Virus record (IMG/VR): IMGVR_UViG_3300026097_001066
Coordinates: 1 to 57,470 of that record
Source of the DNA: a virus
Lineage: Duplodnaviria > Caudoviricetes
Strand: one strand, 5' to 3'
DNA: 57,470 nt
Shown here: in pieces, positions 17,350 through 26,663 of the stretch
Numbering within the stretch: the stretch's first letter is position 1
Layout: every line of letters begins with the position of its first letter
Notes under the pieces: generated by a model
The model's input: only the letters and a program-made list of their open reading frames with translations
Database searches by the model: none
Told to the model about the DNA's origin: nothing
Program-made: the position numbers and the translations under genes

Positions 17350-18810
17350 TTATTTTTGTACCTTTTTAGATTGTAAAATATCTTGTATTTTTTTCTTGAC
17401 CATCCAAGTTTGTTTTTGTCCAAAATATTTTTCTATTAAGGTGTTAACTTCTAGTAATCTTTTAAGACGAGTATCGAGTGTATTATCTTTGTATTTCCAG
17501 TCAAACTCATTGTGATAATAATCTAAATCATTAACTACCTTTTGCCATAATGGTTGTGTGTCGTCTAACATTAATATGTTTGCAAAACTAAAATGAACAA
17601 CTTTTCGGTTACCTATCCAAGTATATTTCTTTTTATGAAATTGTTTTAGAACTTTTTTAGTTATTTTGTGATCTTTTTCAGTTTCTGTAGGGTATCCGAC
17701 GAATGCAAGTACAGTATATTGGATTTCATATTTATTTAACATTTCAAAACACCACCACATGTCCTCTTGTGAGAATTTTTTACCCATATCGTATCTAATT
17801 TTTTCGCTAAAGGATTCTATTCCTATTTCTAATCCTTGACAGCCTGATAATTTCATTAGTTCAAAATCTGATGCAGGACTGTGTTTTTTATCTCTAACAA
17901 TCCACTGACTATGCCAAGATATTTTATTATTTTTGTCCTGATTTGCATTATAATCTGCTAATATATTTAAAAGTCGTCTAAAAGATTTTAAGCTTCCGTT
18001 AATTAAACTATCTGTAAAAATAAAAGTCTGCCTATTGTATTTTTTTTTAAGTGTTATAATTTCCTCTGCAATTTTCTCTCCTGACCTAAATGTATATTTT
18101 GGCCACATTTCAAAAACATTACAAAAATCACATCTTTTAACACATCCTCTACTGCCCGTAACATATACTGAATTTTTAAAACTTTGATCATCTATATAAG
18201 GGTAGTCGTTCCAATTTATATCGTCATAATTAGGAATAAGGACTGAATCTAAATTTTTTAATTGTGCCGGTCCGTTTTCATTTATACCTGGCGCATATGG
18301 ATTTCCATTTAACAGTTCTACTAAAGACTCTTCTGCATCACCAGAAATATAATAGTCTAACAACCCTAATTCCTTTACATATCTTCCTCTATATTGAGAA
18401 ACCTCTGCTCCTCCCCAAATTATTATAGTTTTTGGTAAGTGCTGTCTTATCAATAATGATAATTTAAGGGCAACTGCACTACTCATGTAAGTTAAAAGAC
18501 TTAAACCTATAAATTTAGGATTTTTTTCTTTAAAAATTTCAATCCATTTATCAAAAACATACTTATATTTTTCATATGTTTGACCAAAAGTTTGGTCTAA
18601 CTTTTTTATATCTCGTTCTTTAAAAACTAAATCTCTATCAAAAAATAAATCAATATCACCTTTTTTTTCAGCCTCTTTATATAAATCTATGTTTAAATCC
18701 ATTACTTCTGCCACGAACCCGGCGTTTTCTAGATGTGATTTTAAAACGGCTGGACCTACAGTAGGAGCTCTTGGTAAAATTTTAGGAACAATGCAAATTA
18801 TGATATCCAA
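17350..18810 (-). CDS. cobalamin-binding radical SAM protein (class B methyltransferase-like)
   Basis: N-terminal B12-domain features (DLN, FIGLS, IIWGGA, GDAE); GSRGCVKRCDFC; FTDSLING; IGIES; GYPTET. TTG start. Confidence 0.85.
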   Translation of the reverse strand: MDIIICIVPKILPRAPTVGPAVLKSHLENAGFVAEVMDLNIDLYKEAEKKGDIDLFFDRDLVFKERDIKKLDQTFGQTYEKYKYVFDKWIEIFKEKNPKFIGLSLLTYMSSAVALKLSLLIRQHLPKTIIIWGGAEVSQYRGRYVKELGLLDYYISGDAEESLVELLNGNPYAPGINENGPAQLKNLDSVLIPNYDDINWNDYPYIDDQSFKNSVYVTGSRGCVKRCDFCNVFEMWPKYTFRSGEKIAEEIITLKKKYNRQTFIFTDSLINGSLKSFRRLLNILADYNANQDKNNKISWHSQWIVRDKKHSPASDFELMKLSGCQGLEIGIESFSEKIRYDMGKKFSQEDMWWCFEMLNKYEIQYTVLAFVGYPTETEKDHKITKKVLKQFHKKKYTWIGNRKVVHFSFANILMLDDTQPLWQKVVNDLDYYHNEFDWKYKDNTLDTRLKRLLEVNTLIEKYFGQKQTWMVKKKIQDILQSKKVQK

Positions 18811-18815
18811 AGTGA

Positions 18816-20225
18816 TTATAAATCCTTAAAAATTTTTGTCATTTCTGGAAAATTTTTTAAAAAATCTGTGTTACGCTGTTTGTCACATAACTCTAAAAAT
18901 TCTTTAGTTTCAGGAAGTCTTATACTCCAATCTTCACTCTCCATAAATTGTAACATGCCTTTTAGCCTATTTATCCCGTAAGGTGCGTTTATAAATTCTT
19001 CTTTCGTAACCTTACCTTTATGCCAGCTAGGAATACCAAGATCCCAATTTTCTTCCCACCACGGATAAAATTCCTCGTATTTTTTGCGAACTTCTGCTTT
19101 AAACCATTCAGGCAACACCTTGACGTTTAGATGAGGCGGATGATATACAAAATGATAGTTAATTGCTCCTGCTCCAAACGGCCACATATTAATTTTATTA
19201 AACCCCTGTTCTAGCTTCCAGCGTATAAAGTCCGGTATGTAGTAGATATTCAGTGCCTGAACTGCACATGCAACTGTAACTTCTACATTGTTGCTAGTTT
19301 CTTTATCTAGGATGTGAAATACTTCTTCTGTTCTAGACCATTTACTAGGATATCTTATATATTCGTTTCTTTCAAAAATATCGTCAACTGAATAGTGGAA
19401 GCGAACCAATTTAAATTCTTTCCAAAGATCAAACAGATCGTCGCGCCACTCAACTCCGTTGGAGTTATAACGCAGTTCAAGATTTTTTGCATAACCCATT
19501 TTGATTGCATATTCGAGGATTTCATAATGCTCTTCAATAATTAGACTTTCGCCGCCGGCAAAGTAAATCTGTTGCATGCTAGACATTTGCTCATAAAACT
19601 GCTCCCAGAACTTAGGATTTTGTTTGTGCCAATTGTAACTACTGCCATTGTAACTTCCTTTATCCTGCCATTGCATAGTTTCTTTTAAAGATGCATTTTC
19701 AACTGCTGGAAAAATTGCTTTGTAATCTTTAATCCAACCTGAACTATCGTGCGGTGAACACATGACACAGGCAAGTTGACACTTGGTGCCAAATCGAAGA
19801 TCGATGTAAGCCAATTGCGGTGGCACACTCCCATCTTCTGCTGTGTTTTTTATTAGAGTATCAACATCGACTCGCTGGCTCCAATATTTTGTTTCCCACA
19901 TCCGTTTGCTGTTATGTCCTGCTGCTTCTTCTTTGAAACATTTAACACAACTGGGAGGTATTTCGCCATTTAACATTTGTTTGCGGACATTTTTCATGTA
20001 ACTGCTGTTCCAAGCAGTTTCAAAATCACTTACATTTAGATTGTTAGGTTTACCGTCGTCAGTTTTAAGAATACCAACCTGGCCGCCATGTTCTTTATCA
20101 TTAGTAGGACCAACTGAACTGGCATTTGCCGTGCAACACACTCGCATACTTCCATCTGGTCTGGTGCTTAGATGAACCCAGGGTAATATACAAAAGGTGT
20201 TCGAAGGGGATTTTTTATTTGACAT
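18816..20225 (-). CDS. radical SAM protein with N-terminal twitch-like domain
   Basis: FCILPW...VCC...CVKC; CQLACVMC; AGGES; NSNG; YIRYPSKW. Confidence 0.9.
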   Translation of the reverse strand: MSNKKSPSNTFCILPWVHLSTRPDGSMRVCCTANASSVGPTNDKEHGGQVGILKTDDGKPNNLNVSDFETAWNSSYMKNVRKQMLNGEIPPSCVKCFKEEAAGHNSKRMWETKYWSQRVDVDTLIKNTAEDGSVPPQLAYIDLRFGTKCQLACVMCSPHDSSGWIKDYKAIFPAVENASLKETMQWQDKGSYNGSSYNWHKQNPKFWEQFYEQMSSMQQIYFAGGESLIIEEHYEILEYAIKMGYAKNLELRYNSNGVEWRDDLFDLWKEFKLVRFHYSVDDIFERNEYIRYPSKWSRTEEVFHILDKETSNNVEVTVACAVQALNIYYIPDFIRWKLEQGFNKINMWPFGAGAINYHFVYHPPHLNVKVLPEWFKAEVRKKYEEFYPWWEENWDLGIPSWHKGKVTKEEFINAPYGINRLKGMLQFMESEDWSIRLPETKEFLELCDKQRNTDFLKNFPEMTKIFKDL

Positions 20226-20229
20226 AATG

Positions 20230-20237
20230 TATTTATA
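20230..20237 (-). promoter_or_regulatory. T4-like late promoter TATAAATA, leaderless geometry
   Basis: Exact TATAAATA on - strand, 4 nt upstream of ATG 20225, no SD. Confidence 0.6.
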
Positions 20238-20270
20238 ATGCTTGATTTTTAAATTTTTAGTTATTGAAAT

Positions 20271-21359
20271 TTATTCCCTAAATTTATTTTTTGAAAATTC
20301 TACATCTCCACTTTCTAACATTGTTATCTTATGCTCTATTTCCCATCGTTGTCTATTATTTACGCTACAAGTATTTGTGCATACGGGATTTCTACTGCAG
20401 GGTGTTAACTTTTCATGATCTACATTATTCCAACTTTCAGTTAAATCGTTTTTAAAAAAAGAATGTTCTAATATTTTATCTATGTGATGATAGTAAACAT
20501 TATTCCAATTTTTTCCGTATACATTATCATATCTTTTCCAATGTTCTTCAAAGTCTACTACTCTATATCGTATGTTATACATGAAACAACAAGGAAAAAT
20601 TTCTCCTGTATGCGCAACAAAATATGCTTTTTCGTCGTTTGCAGTTTTGCAATATATATTACCTTTAAACCTTTTGAGAGCGTGTACATATTCAGACCAA
20701 GATAAAGTGTGTCTCCTTTTTTCGTTTTCGAATTTTTTTGATAATTCGTGTAAATCTAAATTATCTAAACTTGTATCGTTTCTCTCTCTAAAAGAACGAA
20801 ATCCCATTGATTTTGCAAGTTGTTTTGCTTCTTCAATTTGATGTTTATTCCAAGGAAAAACTACCCATTGCCAACTAGGACTGCCGCCTGCTGATATAAA
20901 GGCGCGAGCGTTCTCCATAATTTTTTTAAAATTTGTTCCTCTTCTATAGATATGATTTGTATCTTCTAATCCGTCTACACTAAAATTTAAGGTATACTTT
21001 GTTCCTTTTAAAATCTTAGCCATATCTTGCCAGTAACTCGACGATCGTAAACTAGCATTCGTATGTATAATAATTCTAAAATTTGTGTGTTGAACTATAT
21101 AATATAACATATCAAGAAATCTAGGATGCATTAATGGATCGTCTATAGATGCACAAAATTGTATTTCTTCAACACTTTGAAATCGTTTTGCATGTAATAT
21201 TTCTACAAATTTATCAAAATCTAAAAATTTGTTTTTTGGAATTCTAGGATTTAATTTTAATTCGTTAAATGGATCAGCTCGGCTGCACCCTATACAATTT
21301 GCATTACAATTGCTACTAAGTTCAAACTGCACAGCCTTTGGTTCTTCTAAATAATGCAT
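20271..21359 (-). CDS. radical SAM protein with C-terminal twitch/SPASM-like domain
   Basis: CNANCIGC; CASIDDP in place of GGEP; HTNAS; FSVDG...YRRG; C-terminal YC...PCC...CTNTC. Probable start ATG 21359. Confidence 0.87.
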   Translation of the reverse strand: MHYLEEPKAVQFELSSNCNANCIGCSRADPFNELKLNPRIPKNKFLDFDKFVEILHAKRFQSVEEIQFCASIDDPLMHPRFLDMLYYIVQHTNFRIIIHTNASLRSSSYWQDMAKILKGTKYTLNFSVDGLEDTNHIYRRGTNFKKIMENARAFISAGGSPSWQWVVFPWNKHQIEEAKQLAKSMGFRSFRERNDTSLDNLDLHELSKKFENEKRRHTLSWSEYVHALKRFKGNIYCKTANDEKAYFVAHTGEIFPCCFMYNIRYRVVDFEEHWKRYDNVYGKNWNNVYYHHIDKILEHSFFKNDLTESWNNVDHEKLTPCSRNPVCTNTCSVNNRQRWEIEHKITMLESGDVEFSKNKFRE

Positions 21360-21378
21360 TTTTTTTAAATTTTCCTTT

Positions 21379-22323
21379 TTATTTTTCTTTGCTGATTTCA
21401 ATATCACTTCCACAAGTACATTCTGCATATTCACATATGACTGGTTTTTTTAACAACAAAAAATTTTTAGGATCTTTTTTGATATTTCCCATTACAATTT
21501 GTTGATTGCAAGCATTAGCAGGAACAATATCACCGTTGGCTTTAATTACTAGTAGATCTCTGCCAATATTACATGCCCAACCTTTAAACTTATTTCGACC
21601 TGCTTGTATTAGATCATGATTAGTTTCTTGTGTTACTGTGCCGTTATCGTAATAACAATTGATACCCAGACTTGTAATATTTTTTTTAGTACTAGGCCTA
21701 TATGCTGTTGATTTATGTGCTTGCTTCATCCATTTAATTTGAGCAGTTGTATATTGCATCCAATCACTTTTTCCAAATTCAACTTGAAGTTTTTTGACTT
21801 GTATTGGTACTACTGTATTATCTCTTAGTTTTTCATAAATAGAGACACACTTGTTCCAATTGTTTACATCCATTAGCATTTGTATATTTGTTTGGCAACT
21901 ATTTTTTATATTATTAACGACTTGAATCGTATGATTAACATCAGCCTGTTCGTGGTGATAGCTAATACTAACTTTGTCAAGATACTGCTTTGTCCGATTC
22001 CACCAATTAATGGTCCTACTTCCGTTAGTCAAAATATTAACCATACTGTTCGGATCTGTATTTTTAATAATTTCACTTAGTCGTGTAAAGTACTTCCATA
22101 CCGTAGGTTCACCACCTAGTATAGTATAAATTCTATAATCGTGATTACTTTGTTCAGTAATTCTTTTTACAATAGTTTCGCATTGGTAGATATCTGGCCA
22201 GTATAGATCGCCGCCATTACTGTCTGGTGTACAATAGCTGCATTTAAAGTTGCATACATTTGACAGTATCCAATCTACAACTAATATATTATTTCTGGTT
22301 TTAATTTTTTGTAAATTTGCCAT
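21379..22323 (-). CDS. radical SAM protein with C-terminal twitch-like domain
   Basis: CNFKCSYC; LGGEPT; TNG; FKGWACNIG...AC...CEYAECTC. Confidence 0.88.
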   Translation of the reverse strand: MANLQKIKTRNNILVVDWILSNVCNFKCSYCTPDSNGGDLYWPDIYQCETIVKRITEQSNHDYRIYTILGGEPTVWKYFTRLSEIIKNTDPNSMVNILTNGSRTINWWNRTKQYLDKVSISYHHEQADVNHTIQVVNNIKNSCQTNIQMLMDVNNWNKCVSIYEKLRDNTVVPIQVKKLQVEFGKSDWMQYTTAQIKWMKQAHKSTAYRPSTKKNITSLGINCYYDNGTVTQETNHDLIQAGRNKFKGWACNIGRDLLVIKANGDIVPANACNQQIVMGNIKKDPKNFLLLKKPVICEYAECTCGSDIEISKEK

Positions 22324-23461
22324 CTGCTTTTTCGATCATGTATCGCATATAAGGATATTGTTCTAGGTATTTAACATTACATTTATAATTCCAAATATCT
22401 TCGCTGTAATGCTTTAGCATGTTGCACTCTTGTTGAGTAGGTTCTATATATTCGTATATTAACTTATCTTTAAACATTTGCCAGTTGATATTACCATTTT
22501 TTACTTCTAAAGTTTTAAAATTATTAATTAAATTTTGTCTTTCCTCTAAAGGAACATACCTATAATTCAAAAAACTAGGATGATCAACTTCGTTGTAAGA
22601 GACTCTTGATTTTGGAAATTGATTTGCCCAAGTTATAAACTCTGCCATATTTAAAAGATTTAAATGTGTTAGGCACGGAGTAAGAGATACTTTGCAAGAT
22701 GTGTTATACATTTTTATAAAATTTTTTTCAATAGTAGCCCACCGTGCTGGATATCTTTGATATTCTAATGCTCGACCAGTTCCATCTATACTGCACATTA
22801 ATTCTACTCTTTTAAATTTTTCTAATGTGTCTAACACCCTTGTTTTTGCACTTGTACAATTCGTAATAAATTCAATATCTAATTCTGTTTTTCCTCTTTC
22901 TACTAACTTGAATAAAAACTCTTCAACTTCTGGCATAATAAAAGGTTCGCCGCCTGCGAATCTTATTTTTTTAAGACTAGGTAATTCTAAAACTAGATTT
23001 AGCAATTTTTCTGTATCAGAAATAGTAGGAACACAGGTTTTATATAGATCATTATCAATTCCTTGATTATAAAGTTCAGTAGCAAGATTTGCAATTTGAT
23101 CGCTTGCGCCGCCGTAGCACATCTTACATTGTAAATTACATTTATTGCTTAATCTTAAATCTACAAATTCTAGATCAACTATGCGAGGTATTATTTGGTC
23201 ATTTAAAGTTCTGTGACGTTTACTTTGTGCATTTTTATTTTCATACTTCCAGCATGATTCACATGCTGAATTTTGTATTCCATTTTTTAAATCATTTCTA
23301 ACATCATTTAACCAACTATTTGTTTTATACCATTCGTTTAAATCTGATATAGATTGCCAATCTTTAATTTGTACATCCCTAGACTGTGTACAACAATGAC
23401 CTATCCAACCTGTGGTACTAACTGCTAAACTATTGTATACCAAAGGACAATTAATCATCAC
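22301..23461 (-). CDS. radical SAM protein with N-terminal twitch-like domain
   Basis: NCPL...HCC...CESC; CNLQCKMC; AGGEPF; CSIDG; YQRYPARW. Confidence 0.88.
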   Translation of the reverse strand: MMINCPLVYNSLAVSTTGWIGHCCTQSRDVQIKDWQSISDLNEWYKTNSWLNDVRNDLKNGIQNSACESCWKYENKNAQSKRHRTLNDQIIPRIVDLEFVDLRLSNKCNLQCKMCYGGASDQIANLATELYNQGIDNDLYKTCVPTISDTEKLLNLVLELPSLKKIRFAGGEPFIMPEVEEFLFKLVERGKTELDIEFITNCTSAKTRVLDTLEKFKRVELMCSIDGTGRALEYQRYPARWATIEKNFIKMYNTSCKVSLTPCLTHLNLLNMAEFITWANQFPKSRVSYNEVDHPSFLNYRYVPLEERQNLINNFKTLEVKNGNINWQMFKDKLIYEYIEPTQQECNMLKHYSEDIWNYKCNVKYLEQYPYMRYMIEKADGKFTKN

Positions 23462-24480
23462 TGCACTCCGTTGTATAGAGGTAAAGGTCTTTTAACTCCT
23501 GCACAATTATTACAAATATCAATAGATTGTGCTTGCCATGCAGGATGCAAATCCTCAACAAAATAATTTACTATATCAGATAGACTTTGTTTTAATATGT
23601 GGTTATTTTTATATTTAACATAATCAAAATTTGTTTTCTTATCTATTTGTCGGCCACTTATATAACAACAAGGCCATACATTGCCCCAGGGATCTATTTG
23701 TATCATTCCTTCTTGTGCATATGGGCATTTAAATTTTCCTTCTGGAGTATTAACTTTAGTAGACGGAGTACGAACACTATAGGCAAATACATCTTTTCTC
23801 ATATAGTTAGTCTTAAATTCTCTTTGATCAGGAGAAGTTAATTGCTGTGCTGGAAAATTTCTATAAGCCTTCATTTGTAGAGGGTTAGATCTATTTCTAT
23901 TTGTCTGAAATGCCATACAGCCTAGATCTTGTGCTAATTTGCTCATTTCGTCTAGCTGATATTTATTGTAATCAAATACTATACATTTCCATATACTGTT
24001 ACCACCGGCGGTATTAAAACTTTTAATATTTTCAATACGCTTAGTCCAATCAATCCCTCTACGATAAATGGCATGTGTTTTTTCTAGGCCGTCGATACCA
24101 AATTTTATATCGTGTTTGACAAATTTATTAAGAACTACAGCAAGATCATGCCAAAATTGTGCGTTTCTTGCACCACCGTTAGTATTTAGATTTAGATATA
24201 GATTTGTTTTTTTTGCAGCTAGCATTTCCATCATTTCAATAAAATTTGGATGCATACTAAAGTCTCCAAAATTGCCATTGAAAATTATTTCATTTATCTG
24301 ATCTATCATAGGATCATCAACTAATCGTTGCCATACTTCTAAAGACAAATGATTTTGTTGTAGTCCTTTCACTTTTTCTCCGCCAGAAACATTTCTATCA
24401 CAGGCACCACAAAATGCATTGCAGAAACTTGTGCAGTCTATTTCGATTTTAGAAATACTTTTAGGTGAATACAGATTCAT
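23458..24480 (-). CDS. radical SAM protein with C-terminal twitch/SPASM-like domain
   Basis: CNAFCGAC; NGNFGDF; NTNGG; FGIDG...YRRG; KCP...PCC...CNNC. Confidence 0.87.
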   Translation of the reverse strand: MNLYSPKSISKIEIDCTSFCNAFCGACDRNVSGGEKVKGLQQNHLSLEVWQRLVDDPMIDQINEIIFNGNFGDFSMHPNFIEMMEMLAAKKTNLYLNLNTNGGARNAQFWHDLAVVLNKFVKHDIKFGIDGLEKTHAIYRRGIDWTKRIENIKSFNTAGGNSIWKCIVFDYNKYQLDEMSKLAQDLGCMAFQTNRNRSNPLQMKAYRNFPAQQLTSPDQREFKTNYMRKDVFAYSVRTPSTKVNTPEGKFKCPYAQEGMIQIDPWGNVWPCCYISGRQIDKKTNFDYVKYKNNHILKQSLSDIVNYFVEDLHPAWQAQSIDICNNCAGVKRPLPLYNGVQ

Positions 24481-25559
24481 TTAAATTGCTCTGCGAAGGG
24501 ATCAAATTCTGATCCGCATTTTTGCGCACACACTCCTAGTTTTCCCTGTTCGATGCTGTTTAGGTTCCAACTTGAAGTAATGCTTTCGATTAACTTGCCA
24601 TTCACAACATCTTCAATTTCGTTTTCAATTACACTAATACCTTGTTTTCCGCCTGCTACATCGATATGATCCCATATTTGTTCTACTCGAGGATCACTGT
24701 GCCACCATTTATACATACGCCCAGCGGTCCAGCAACAAGGCATTAATAGTCCTTCTGCTGTGATGAAAATACTACCCTGTTTTGCTACTTTGCACTCAAC
24801 ATTGCATCTGTCTAAATATTCACTCATACTACCATATGACTTGACAATTTCTTTTTGTTTCAGTAATGCAAGATTTTGGTTTTGTTCTTGTTTGGGTTTT
24901 TGTAATTTTGCAGTTTCTTCACCTTTTCGATTTACTGCCTGATGAGCTTCTTTAGGCTTAATATCGCTTGTGACAAATCTTCCTGATTTCTTTTTAATAA
25001 ATTTTTCGAAACCCCATTCACCGGACAGTTGTTCAGCTTCTTTAACTTGGTGTTCGTTGTGCTGAAATACCAGAAAGTCCCATCTTCCTCTGCCTCCGGC
25101 ACTGGTAAATGCTTTCATTGAACGCTCTACATTATCCCAGTTTACACCTTGGCGATATATATGATTAGTATCCCGTAGGCCATCAACGCTGAAAATAACA
25201 GCACCCATCTTGCCGAAAATTTCTGCAAGTTCTCTCCACCATGTTTCATCTCTTGCTCCTGCGTTTGTGTTCATACTCAACCACATGTCGGGATTATGTT
25301 CTCTAAAATATCGAAATATTTCTAATGTATCTCGTGCTACAATAGGATCGCCCAAATTGCCGCACATGTACATTGTTTTTAATTGTGCAATAAACTCGGG
25401 TTTAAAAATACACTTGCAGTCTTCTAAACTTAATTCAGCATTTGTAATATGCGGATTATCTGCGCCACCGTTCATGTTACGATCGCACATAGGACAAGCA
25501 GCTTGACATCTTTGTGTTATTTCAAGATGCACTTCTTTTATATCTTGATATCTATACAT
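24477..25559 (-). CDS. radical SAM protein with C-terminal twitch/SPASM-like domain
   Basis: CQAACPMC; CGNLGDP; NTNAG; FSVDG...YRQG; EC...PCC...CAQKC. Confidence 0.88.
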   Translation of the reverse strand: MYRYQDIKEVHLEITQRCQAACPMCDRNMNGGADNPHITNAELSLEDCKCIFKPEFIAQLKTMYMCGNLGDPIVARDTLEIFRYFREHNPDMWLSMNTNAGARDETWWRELAEIFGKMGAVIFSVDGLRDTNHIYRQGVNWDNVERSMKAFTSAGGRGRWDFLVFQHNEHQVKEAEQLSGEWGFEKFIKKKSGRFVTSDIKPKEAHQAVNRKGEETAKLQKPKQEQNQNLALLKQKEIVKSYGSMSEYLDRCNVECKVAKQGSIFITAEGLLMPCCWTAGRMYKWWHSDPRVEQIWDHIDVAGGKQGISVIENEIEDVVNGKLIESITSSWNLNSIEQGKLGVCAQKCGSEFDPFAEQFK

Positions 25560-25782
25560 AATTGTCCATTACTAATTTTACATCTTTTCCGGGACCTGTC
25601 CTACTTGGCAGATCTCCATATTCTTCAATATACCATTCAATAACTGCTTTATACCAATTTTGACTGTTATGATGAGCCAGTTTATTAAATTTATAGATAT
25701 TATTATTTGTTGCCTGCATAGTACTTAGTGCTCTAGCACTTTCTGTCTGTAATTTTCTTAGATTTAAATCATCTAAATTCAT
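25552..25782 (-). CDS. small hypothetical protein (76 aa)
   Basis: Overlaps both neighbours (translational coupling). Confidence 0.7.
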   Translation of the reverse strand: MNLDDLNLRKLQTESARALSTMQATNNNIYKFNKLAHHNSQNWYKAVIEWYIEEYGDLPSRTGPGKDVKLVMDNYV

Positions 25783-26663
25783 GGTCGTCCTATCATCATA
25801 AATCTCTTATAACCATACAGTTCTTTTTCACCTGCATATTCAAGCCTACTCATCGGAAACTTTTTCTGCATGTGATCTAAACTATGTACACATAAGTGAT
25901 GTTCCTCAACATCGAATAAGTTATTTGTTTGTATAATAAACAACGGATCAGTTTGCATCGGACGATTTATCATTTTATGATACCAGATACTACTCATATG
26001 CTCTGCACTTGAATTTATAATTAAATCAGGCATTGTTTTTTCTTTATAAACACTATCTTTATTAAAATTTTTTACTTCGTACTCAATACCGGTTCTAGTT
26101 ACCCAAGACATATTTTTTACTTCTTCAGAGTCTTGATTATTAGGAAGTTTTAATTTAGTTGCTTTTACTTTAAAGTTAGAAATACATTGATTGTTAATAA
26201 TAGTATCACTTATTTTACAAGCGGCAGGATCAGCATCAAATATACGAATTTTTTTAAAATTAATATTAGCTGCATCAAGATACAATCGTATTTGCCCAAA
26301 CCAACCTGCATGAACATGTATTGTATTAAAATTATCTTTAATTTTTAATAATTCTTGTGCTAACCATATTTTACTATTGACCTGCCCTCTACTAAATGCA
26401 TCTTGCAACTGTTTAGGATCATGACCTTCTCTAAAATATTTGTAAATTATATCTATTACATTATTATCTGCATATTTCCTAAGCTGAAAGATAAATTCAT
26501 TTATATCTAAAGTATTGTTAATTTCAATAGGAGAATTATTAGAGTAAAGTAGTCCTAAAAAGAAATCAACATATTTTTTAGCATCTATATCATTTGTAAA
26601 TTCTAAATAATCTTGTAAGCCGTGTAGCCAGCTTATAGGATTTGTATTAGTTTCTGCGTTCAT
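25779..26663 (-). CDS. class I SAM-dependent methyltransferase-like protein
   Basis: FSRGQVNSKIWL; VHAGWFGQ (motif I-like); IFDADP (acidic motif II); DLIINSSAEHM; RFMMIG. Confidence 0.55.
   Translation of the reverse strand: MNAETNTNPISWLHGLQDYLEFTNDIDAKKYVDFFLGLLYSNNSPIEINNTLDINEFIFQLRKYADNNVIDIIYKYFREGHDPKQLQDAFSRGQVNSKIWLAQELLKIKDNFNTIHVHAGWFGQIRLYLDAANINFKKIRIFDADPAACKISDTIINNQCISNFKVKATKLKLPNNQDSEEVKNMSWVTRTGIEYEVKNFNKDSVYKEKTMPDLIINSSAEHMSSIWYHKMINRPMQTDPLFIIQTNNLFDVEEHHLCVHSLDHMQKKFPMSRLEYAGEKELYGYKRFMMIGRP

Noticed and set aside
2465-21434. Longer track starts for ORFs at 2465, 10155, 11925, 15424 and 21434
   Set aside because: The extensions overlap upstream genes; downstream starts give ATGA-type coupling or begin at the conserved domain.
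9028-25782. Classical RiPP cluster (SPASM maturases plus precursor peptide)
   Set aside because: No RRE/PqqD domain, transporter, leader peptidase or Cys/Ser/aromatic-patterned precursor is visible; intergenic gaps are too small for hidden precursors. Modification of a protein substrate remains possible.
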